In this document: piece by piece, positions 54,050-64,000 of the stretch
Position numbering within the stretch: the stretch's first letter is position 1
Layout of the letters: each line of letters starts with the position of its first letter
Assembly (NCBI GenBank): GCA_028023455.1
Contig: JAQFVV010000003.1
Coordinates: forward strand, 20,584,001-20,648,000
DNA length: 64,000 nt
Reading direction: 5' to 3'
Origin: Epiperipatus broadwayi
Taxonomy: Eukaryota > Animalia > Onychophora
Translations under genes and position numbers: made by a program
The notes under the pieces: generated by a model
What the model was told of the DNA's origin: nothing
Database searches by the model: none
What the model saw: the letters and a program-made list of their open reading frames with translations, nothing else

Positions 54050-56730
54050 AAATGCCAAGAATTTCTGCATTAAATACTTGGACTGCAATTACACGATGAG
54101 ATGTATTTAGTTATTTACAAATGTATAGCATTTTCAAACAAAGGAAGAATGTATAAATTGGAAGATCTTCTTAATATTAATTAAGATATTATCAAATTTA
54201 TGAAGTTGGTAAAATCCAGCATATATTTTTCTATTTAGCACAAATATTAGAAGCATAAATATTGGAATGAGATCCATTACAAAAAAACTTGAAAGACCAA
54301 CAATGTGACAACTAATGCAAGTCAGAAAGAGTGATAAGAGTTATTTAAATTAGCAGAAGCTATCAAAAATAGATAATTCAAGTTTATACCTAAATATGTT
54401 CTCATTATGATTTAGGAGAGAATTTTAATAAAGGTGTCAGAAAATTTTTGGTCAGATCTAATATTTTTAAAGTGTCATAGAAAATTCTAATGCAAAAATT
54501 CGAAAGCAAATGAAAGATGAAAATATTATGAGCATATTTGAATATTAATCAAAGATGAGAGAAGATTCATGGAATTTGCTATAATAAAATTAAAAAAATC
54601 CTATAAAATTATATATTCATTGTCTGAGAAATATCCAAAACAGAAACTGAATGGGAAGCATCAAAATGAAAATATAACCGATTTTGTTTATACTTTATTA
54701 ACAAAAAATTTACATTTCAAGATGGCTATTATGACATTCTGATTGGCTGTTGTATATATATTTTAATGAGTGCAGTGAGGTTCAGCAGTATCTCAATTTT
54801 CAACTATCTGCGCTTCACAAATTAAAATATTGTTTCAAGATTGTAATATTCTTAATAGATTCAACACAGGAAGTGTCAAGCAATTAGTGAGACATAAAAT
54901 TATGCATTAATGCAAAGTTAGAAAGACAAAAGCTATTAAAAAAGATACTATTAACAGATTTTGATAAAGACTCAGACTTAAATTCAATAGTAATTGTTGT
55001 TATACTAAAGATAACTATATAAATGGTCAGAATAGAAAAACAGAAATTTCCCATAAAATTTTCAACTAAGCCAAAAAAAAAAATCTATGAAGAAAAAAGG
55101 AATAGAAGACTTTTAAAATGACTTATTCAGAGGAATTACAAAGCTGAACTTCTGTAAAATGGTCTGCAAAAGAATTAATGATGAAATAAAAAAATATAAC
55201 TACAACAAAAAAAAAAGCTATAGAAAAAATAAATAAAGGCCTCAAAAATATAAAATAATAACTGGGTAATGGGGTAAAAAAGTTGTATAATTAATAAGAA
55301 AATATGGTACTTTTACTAAAAAAAAAGGTTGATATTATTAAGAAGAGAGCAAATAAATTCTATAAACAATTATATTGTGATAAAAAATAAGAAAACAAAG
55401 TAGCCACTACAATTATAACATTTTTTGGAAATGCTAAGCATTTTAAATGATAAGAAACAAGTCTATTAAATGAATAAAATATCTGCAAAAAATGGAATTT
55501 TTACATTTATTTTAAAAGTAGCATATAAAAAATAGTGGAATTATTGGTGAAATTTATACCAAATATCTAAATAATAAAAATATAAGAAATTGAAAAAAAA
55601 AAAAAAGCCATAGAGATATTGATATTTAAGAAAGGTGAAAAAAAAAGATGTTGAAAATTAAGACCTAGAAATTTTATACAAGATATTTTATTAAAATCTT
55701 AATTTTTCACAAAGAAATTTGGACATAAACCAACATAAAAAACAATAACTGGATTTAAAAGTGATTATAATACAGTAGATTATATCTTATAAATATTAAA
55801 AGAAGTTGCAGAAAGGACCTATGAGTATGTGTTGCTATTTTATTTTGGATTTGTAGATTATTGAAAGACATAAAAATAATAGTAACAGAAGATTAACATT
55901 GATAAGAATTTACAGAAGGAAGAATCCTTATCTCTAAAACTTTTTATATTTTTTCTGTATTTTATGGATTAAAATGAAAAATTAGAAGAATAAAAATAAA
56001 CGGAGATTATTAAAATCACCTAAATGTCAATATTCTTGAAATAATGTTTCAGATCTTTAGGAAATGTCAAAAAAGCTATCATATAAAACTAAAAAAAATA
56101 GGATTAATGATAAATAATAAAAAGACTGATAGTAATGATTTGAAAAAGTTAATAACTATAAAAATTTTGATAAAATTATTAAAATAAATGGAAATATAAT
56201 TGATAAAATTAACCAAAGAATTAAAGTTGGGATGAAATGTTTTTAGTAGAGATAAACTTAATACTGAAAAGAAATAGTTATGTGTTTGAAAAAGATTTTT
56301 TAACAAATGCGTTTTGGAAGTTTTATTGCTTATGAATTTGGGTCATGAATTATACTATACTTAATAAAAAAAAGCAACACAGATATTTCAGACTGTATAG
56401 CAAACTACAAAGAAATTCAGTTTGAGATTAACAAGGAGGGATCATAAGGGAAATACATAGGTGGAAAAACAAACATGTATTATTGATATCATCAGAAAAA
56501 TTAAAAAGATAATAAAATTGAGCTATAAACATTAGAAGAGAGGATAATACAGACAATTAAAGTTTTAAATAAGATCCTAAAGATTATAAAAGACCTATAA
56601 AATCATTTGTAAAAAGAATGTACTGTATAAGAAAGTTTGATATAGAGAGGAAAATATAGGAATCAAAGAACAGGATTAAACTGCGAAAGATCTTTATTCT
56701 GCAGTGGACTGACAATATATGAAAATGATA
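54050..56730 (+). mobile_element. Decayed RTE-clade LINE
   Basis: LEDLLNIN*DIIKF (APE start), EVAERTYEYVLLFYFGFVDY*KT (RT, cf. EYN.PL..AFVDYEKAF) and terminal FILQWT. Confidence 0.75.
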
Positions 56731-56831
56731 ATATTTACATATACTTATTTAATATATTATATTCTGGTCATATTAAACCATTAAACATCACACGATCACC
56801 ATTTCTTATGCTTGCTCATAACTGTTATTAA

Positions 56832-56988
56832 AACAGGCAAAACTCCATACAGAAATGCCACTCAGTGCAAGCCAGAAGGCTTGTGCATAAAATCATTATC
56901 TAGTGCTTACTCAGCCAATATCCCCAGACTAGTTTCTAGCTTGTGGCTTCCATCAGTGAGGAGTTTTGGATCTGAGAGCACTGCACCT
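56832..56988. mobile_element. Foldback/MITE family A, single-arm copy
   Basis: TTAA|aacaggcaaaactccatacagaaatgccactcagtgcaagccagaagg…ggatctgagagcactgcacct; no second arm. Confidence 0.8.
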
Positions 56989-57409
56989 TATGGATTGTTT
57001 ACTGGTGTAACAGATTGATGGACTCGTAAAAGCTAAAAATTCATGAATTAGAGTCTGACTCAATCTTACTGAGTTTGAATATCACACGATCATCTGAGCA
57101 ATGAACCATTTAAATTATTTTATTCTAGGCAGTTTAGTGCAATCGAAGAGTGAAAGACTTAAGATGTAAAGGTTCCTCAACTGAAACTCAATCTAGTAAT
57201 TCTAGTACTTGAACATCATATGACCTTAAAAAACAACAAACCATTTATTATTATTATTTGTGACATGTGAAATATAATCAATGCATTGATATATCACAAA
57301 TAAGACGATTTTTATAATTACAGCTAGTCTGCAGTACTAGTTTCATTTGAAAATTTTCAATAAACCTTAAAGTATTTTAATTATTTATAATTAGACCGTA
57401 AAAGATTCA

Positions 57410-57675
57410 TAATCAAGTCAGTTTTTATAAATAACAGATATGCATATCAACCATAAAGCAAAATAAAAATGTTTAATTCCATTTTAACACATTAACAAAT
57501 GTTCAAATAAATAAGACGTGATAAATCTTAAAAGTACATTGTTTACTTATAACAGACTGAAGGCTATCAGAATCATGTCATTTTTTAATAAATATCAAAT
57601 ATGCATATCAGTAATAAAGGAAGGTAAAAATGTTTAATTCCATTTTAACATATTAATAAATATTCAAATAAATAC
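57410..57675 (+). repeat. Diverged local tandem duplication (~160-bp period)
   Basis: atatgcatatca…taaaaatgtttaattccattttaaca.attaa.aaat.ttcaaataaata occurs twice. Confidence 0.8.
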
Positions 57676-58299
57676 TACATATTAATCATGTATATCATAT
57701 TTCAAATATAATACATTGTTATAATATCTACAATATAAAATGAAATTAACAAGTTAATCTTTTTATTTACATAAAAATTTATATATATATATATGCAAAA
57801 AATAGTTATGATTTCAAATGTGATATATTAGGTAAAAATATTTTAGTGGGGTTCTTGTTTGAATAAATACCTTGATTAAAAAATATATTACAAAATTTAT
57901 GGACCTATCCCACAAGAACATTACAGCATTACTAATTAAGCTGTCATAATCATGTGACATTGTTCTCAAACTACACAGCATAGTATTATGTATTTAAAGC
58001 TTTAAAGGGGAAATAGAAATAAGCACAAAGAAAATTAAATATATAGTTATTTATAAAATCATTTTGAAATAACAAAAATATTTTGATTTGAGTAATAATG
58101 TTAATAGATATTTTTGAAAATACTGTATATTATTTAAAAATCAAATATAAGAAAGGATAAGTCTATTGAAATCAACTAAGAAAGAAAAATAATTTTTGGA
58201 AAATAGTATTTTTTTCTCTACATTAATCCTATAATCTGCTTTAATTAACAGATTAAGAAAAAAATTTAAAATTATTAATTTTAATTAATGTATATTGAA

Positions 58300-58600
58300 A
58301 AACATGACAATGTAATTAAACTATTAATCAAGATGGAAAATACCTTACTCTAATTATCCCATTTTCAGATTCATTTGCATACACTATAAATAGTGGGTTT
58401 AGATAAAACTGATTATTAGATTGGAGAGAGTTCAGAAAAGTAGCTGTTAGTTCCACATTAATGAAATTTGAAGATCCAGAGAAGTAGGCAATGTGGCTTT
58501 ACTGCAAATTCATAACCCAATATGTGAGAAATAGATGATTACCTGTCTATCACATTACAGAAGGTAAATAGAATTGAGTATCTCTAATGTTTATTGTATG
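58300..58600 (+). mobile_element. CR1-like LINE fragment
   Basis: IIRLERVQKS matches the CR1 C-terminal I..LERVQ.RA motif. Confidence 0.55.
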
Positions 58601-59429
58601 TATATATTATACTGAACATAACAATGAGAAGCCAGCTTATTGTTTTAGCAGGGAGATGATCATAAGAAGTTCAGTTTGCTAGTGTTGAGAGATTCCACTG
58701 CTATACTTTATAATGTTACTTCATATATACATGGAAACATAAGACAAAACAAATCTATTGTCAGTTATATATATATTGTAATGGGATCAACAGTTTCTAT
58801 CTATAATGTGATATGCATATATGTAACTACGAACATATATAAGCATGTCATGTATATTTTATTCCTTTTTCTTCCTTTTAATTCAACAACCCTTTTTTTT
58901 ATTGGAATTGATAATGTCCAGTCAAGTTTGTAAAAATGGTCACATTAATACATTAGACTGTTAATATAAGGTAATTCCCTTTTCGGATTGAAAGAATTCG
59001 GCAAACACACAAAAAAAATTAGATTAAAACATTTGGAGATTCGCTATTTCTTGCCCAGCATATTTATGAGTATCACTTTATGACCTCAAGCACCAATCTT
59101 ATATTGATATAAGAATTATGCTGGGAGAGCTGGAATACCAATATGTAGAATTATAAGATAGTAACCCTTGACTAGCTCACTCAGGGCAGGTGATTATTTA
59201 ATTGTGGGAAATATACGAGGGTTACACTATATGAGACACACTTTCTTCAGTCAAATAGTTATTACATTAATTTTAAATTCTAGTAATCTAATAAACTCAA
59301 AAACAAAGAAATAACACAAATATACGTAAGTTTCATTTAACTTTAATCTTATAACTTTTATTTCTATATTATTTATATGACCTGATTATTTTGTGCTCAA
59401 AATGATGAGAAATGCATGCATATATACAC

Positions 59430-60600
59430 ACACACTGCATCGGAATATAAAAAAATGTAATAGAAAATACAAATAAAAGAAAAATATCAATTTATCCGGA
59501 TACACAATAAAAAAATCACTTTAAGTTCAGAAGAAGAGTTAAAACACATTGCTAGTATGGAGAATTATTTCCAATTAAATCAGATGATGGAAAGAAAGCA
59601 AGTGGCTATTGCCTATAATCATTTACAAGAACCTGTTAAGAAATGGTGGAACTCATTAATAAAAAAAGCAACCTGTTCTGAATATAAAGAGCAAATTTTG
59701 AAAAATGTTTGGTTAGAAGAACACTAAAAAATGAATCTAATATTAAATTATGTAAGAAAGGTTTCACATAAAATGTGATGAAAGTTATATCCAATTCTTT
59801 AGAAGACAAGTGTCAAAATTAATGTCATTGTCTGCATATGGCATGACAGAAAGCCAAATCATCAGGATTATTTAACATAATTTACCCTTTCATGTCAAAC
59901 AGATGATCATCAGCATAGAACAAAAAAACCATAAATGCCATTGATATGAATTTTCAGAATCAGGAAGTTATAGGGAATGGAGAAGATAAATTTACCACAC
60001 CAAACAAACAAACAAAATGAAGCATCTATTAGTTGTATTACAATGAAAGATGACAGAAGATTCCAACCTTATTGAGGGTGGCAAAAGAAAAAAAAGCACT
60101 GATAACTGAGACAAAACATGGATAGTATGTCATTTTAGAAGTTTTCCAAGTCCAAGAAAACTAGGCACTCTGGAAAAATTCCTAGAGAATTCACCATGTT
60201 CAGTAACTAGTACTGGAATATAAAATGACAGGATTAGACCCAGAAAATGGGATTAAACTAAAATGAAGAAATCAGGAGTGATCCAGAAAAGGGCAGAACA
60301 TATCTCAAATCCACTCAGATGATAACACAATTATCACTGCAAAAGTATCTGGAAAGAATAGCAGAAAAAGAGATAGTTTATTCTCTGTTGACTCTGGCTC
60401 TGTTAAAAGGATAAATGATTTAAGGAGAAAATTACTTGTAATGTGATAACATTTAAAATAGGTGACAATACAAAAAGTGATGATTAAACATACAAAAGGA
60501 AAAATTACCAGCTTGCTAGAAAGCTAGAATACTTTTATTGATAATTTTGATAAAAAAGAAAAGTAATAATTTAAATGATAAAAAGAATGGTGTCAAAAGA
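59430..60600 (+). mobile_element. Decayed Gypsy gag-protease remnant
   Basis: RKQVAIAYNHLQEPVKKWWNSLIKKATCSEYKEQILKNVW (gag capsid pattern) and SVDSGSV (aspartic protease D-S-G) at ~60383. Confidence 0.65.
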
Positions 60601-61496
60601 TATGAAACATGTGACCAGAATAGTTAGATTGATTTCTACTGAGAATGGGGTAAAAAAATTGTTAAAGTTTGTTTAGATATGTTCTACTTCTAGTGGTGTA
60701 TTAAAATTTGGTCATGTAAGTGAGACACTGCTGTCATGTGATGTTTTGAAGGATATAGTGTCAGGTGCTGCCTCAACATTTTTTTTTCAAGTTTAACTCT
60801 CCAACCTGTAAGACTCAGAGAAGCAAGGGTTTATATATTGGTATTATATTTGATTATTGGTATGTTGTGGGTAACTTAATTTAAACTGAGATAATCCTTT
60901 TAGTGTTCATGGTTCATTAATACACCTTAATGTCCTATTGTTGAATTTTTTTTACAAATCCTAGAGTTGAAATTTTATTCATTCTTTTTACAGTTAATGT
61001 CATTCAATCTCTGAACAATAAAATCATGGATATATGTATTTTGTTTATTTATATATTTGTAATGCAATCTTTTTTTAAAAAAGTGATTACTGTATTTGAA
61101 ATGCAATCTTTTTTTTTTTTTTTTATATAAAAAGTGATTAAAATATATCAACAGATAAAGTAATAAATTAAAATTTTTGCATTAAGTATAGAAATGAAAA
61201 GTTACACTGTTTCATTGTCTTATTTTACAGAGGGTATTTGTAACTGAAACAAATCTAATAGCAGCTCAAATTATTTATATAACAAAGCTGCATAGTTTAA
61301 AAAAGAATAAATTGTCATGTTTGTATGTGAGCATATTAGATATAACATATCTCATTTAAGTTCAACAGTTTAGGAAAATAAAAGGAAAAAAATTGGTCTC
61401 TAGATTTTTTTATTATATGTTATTAAATATTTTTAGAAAGAAAATAGTTTGTAAAAGTGAAGCCAATAAAAAATAAATTAATATCTCATATTATGT

Positions 61497-61652
61497 AACA
61501 GAGGAATGAAAAATTTAGTTTACAACTACACAAATTAATTTAATTTGAATAATTTATGAAAATATATAGTATTTAACAGAGGGGAAAAAAATTTGGTTTA
61601 CAACTACACAAATTAATTTAATTTGCATGGTTTATGAAAATGTGTAGTATTT
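61497..61652 (+). repeat. Tandem duplication, ~78-bp unit x2
   Basis: aacagagg…tttacaactacacaaattaatttaatttg…tttatgaaaat.t.tagtattt repeated. Confidence 0.9.
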
Positions 61653-62869
61653 TGTGCCATTTTCTGATTTGCCTTCTGAATGGGGTTTTAAATAAATAAT
61701 TTGCCCATTCTTATAGTAAATGACAAATCTAAATATGTTTTGAAAATTATGGGTTACTAAGTCATCAATGAATTTTTAAAAGTCAGTAATGATTTTTCCT
61801 ATCACTATTATAAAATAAAAAAACAAAAAGAGAAAAAGTATATATTTTTTATATCATAATTTAAGGAATAAAGAAAATGTTTATCAATAAATGTGTTGTT
61901 ATAAATAAAAATATATTAAATCTTGTAAGTAGGTTTTAATAAATCTGTTTATTAAAAACATCTGAATATGTGGTAGGTGTAAAAAACAAGTGAGATATAA
62001 ATAGGTCAGTGTAGTCTATTCCAAGCTTTAACTCAAGAAGCAGTATTGCAATGATTCCATGAAGAGAATATAAAAGCTGATTAAAACAGTTTTCCACTGT
62101 AGTTTGGATCGTCGTGCTTTGCCAAAATTAAAAGTATTTTTCAATACTAAGATCTAAAATAGCAAGTATAACATTAATTAGAGGTAGACTATCTAGTATG
62201 TGTGGCTAGAAAATCAATCACCAAAGCAGTCAAACATCCAGAATAATACAATCATATCCGGATATTAATGCTGAAGTTTTCAAAAACCAGCCATTGCCTG
62301 CTTTAATGATATCATGAGGAAAGAAATGTACTGTGCTGTAAGATTTATTAAGACTGACTGTATACCCTATTTAATGCCCAAGGAGGACAAGTACTGTCAA
62401 GGATGAACCAATAAAAACTTATTCATAAATATAGTAAAAGAACAATATCTGCAAAAACCATGGTTTGAAACTTTATACTTGGTAAGATCTTATCAATGAG
62501 TTATCATAATGCTTTAAGTTTTAAATATCTCTAATAATTATTATTTTCTTTACTATTTTGTATATTTATTATACATAGTAATAGTTGCAAATACATAAGC
62601 AACAAGTATATGCATCTACTGTTAATAAACTGTTAATTTATTTTTATTATTAATCAATTTAGTTTGTGTATCAATTTCATTCCAAATATACTTTTAACAT
62701 CCATTATGATACTAATATGCACAACACTGAAAAATCATGCAGTTTCCTGGCGGCTATGTGAGGATAATGGTAATGATTTATAAATGATGATGATCGGGTA
62801 TTAATAAGTTTTCCATAAATAAACTTTCTATTTAGAAGGTTTATCCCTTAAATTTCATTTTTCTTTTAC

Positions 62870-63900
62870 TATTGAATCTAGAAAAAGAAATTAAAAATAC
62901 TTTCGGAAATGTTAAGTCATCATCGCAGATATTTGGTCAACATTATTGTATATATTTCAATTTAACCATTTTTATTTCAATGTATATTAACCATTTTATA
63001 TTTATTTTTGCTCACCTAATGTTCCATTATATTTGGAACATTCAAAAATTATCTTTATATAGATTTCTTTCTGGTATTCTTAAGCCTTGTTCTATTATCC
63101 ATTGTATATCAACAATATTTATATTTACTCAATATTTATTGAATCAGTCTTTATATTTGGCAGTTTTTCTTTAATGTAAAGCTTTAATCTGCTAAAATGA
63201 TTTATTTCCATATAGCATGAGTTTGCATATAATGATATGGATTAAAAATTGATTCCAATTTGTAATTCATGAAATATTTGGCAGATAAATTGTCATAATT
63301 TGGTCAATACTTTTATTGAATCCTTTACAGGAAAATTTGGCCGGAATGTGTCAGTTACAGAAGCCTTTTAATTTTAGCAATGGTTTCAAGGCTAAATGAC
63401 CTAACTTCCTTCATGGAAGTATCTTGGTTGGTGCTTTTGTGATAAAGTATTCATTACATTTCCTTTATTTCTGCTTAATCTTTGTTATTTCAGTTATAAT
63501 CTGTCCACTAATATTTTTCAAAGATAGCTTTTATTTTTTAAAAACTACTTCCATTATCTAAGTCTGTAATTGTTTTTTATCTTTTCTTATTGATTTTTAA
63601 AATTTCTATTTAGTTTTCTTAAAAGATCTTTAATTTTATTAATTTTGCTTTCTCTTTTTTCCCTTTAAAATTACTAGTGATTTCTCTGTCTGATATTCAA
63701 GACTATTTCATCTCAATCAAATTTTCTGAGAATCCATTTATAATTCATCTAGCTCACTATCAATTTTATTAAAAATTTCAAATTAATTTCTGGTAGCCTT
63801 TCTAAAAGCAATAATTATGCTCTCTAGATAATTATTTAGTATGCACTCTGGGCCTTTTTCCATACCTAAGGGAGTCATTCAGCACTACTGAAAATATTAA
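62870..63900 (-). mobile_element. Possible highly decayed LINE ORF1/endonuclease region
   Basis: Minus-strand Lys/Glu-rich broken frames including LEYQTEKSLVILKG (cf. LEQYSR.NN..I.G); weak. Confidence 0.25.
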
Positions 63901-64000
63901 GTGAGAAATTTTTTTAATTTTGTCTGGCAAAGAAAAAAGTGTGTTACATGTACAGTTTTTGAAATTGAACCTATTTTAGACTTGGACAATTTTTTAAAAC

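Noticed and set aside
38241-61652. Short direct repeats considered as CRISPR-like arrays
   Set aside because: Only two adjacent units each, no unique spacers, no cas genes, eukaryotic context.
1291-63174. Many 60-100 aa I/F/L/Y/N/K-rich track ORFs (e.g. 1291, 6283, 9064, 17912, 38674, 47789, 56079, 58676, 62872)
   Set aside because: Composition reflects AT-rich noncoding DNA or the antisense strand of decayed LINEs; non-ATG starts are common.

Overview
AT-rich eukaryotic DNA (roughly three-quarters A+T by eye), most consistent with a repeat-rich invertebrate, probably an arthropod (inference from CpG depletion, TCAGT initiator motifs and transposon families). I found no prokaryotic operons, rRNA, intact tRNA or CRISPR arrays. 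Most ORF-track ORFs are spurious or fragments of dead retroelements. The window is mainly intron/intergenic sequence containing decayed RTE, CR1-like and other LINEs, several Ty3/Gypsy remnants, an internally deleted hAT element with an 8-bp TSD, a TTAA-flanked Kolobok-like element, a foldback MITE family (4 copies), a tRNA-like SINE (2 copies with TSDs) and a ~1.9-kb local duplication. A chain of short phase-compatible minus-strand exon candidates (24053, 19041-19115, 17027-17080, 10532-10581, 3470-3549) suggests the 5' end of an unidentified host gene running off the left edge. The most notable feature is a 626-bp TSD-flanked insertion (12393-13018) that combines a near-canonical minimal type I hammerhead ribozyme, a Pol III-like B-box and a 5'-inverted segment, i.e. 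a retrozyme/Penelope-mobilised-type element. A perfect 134-bp-arm palindrome at 16020-16294 is also notable.
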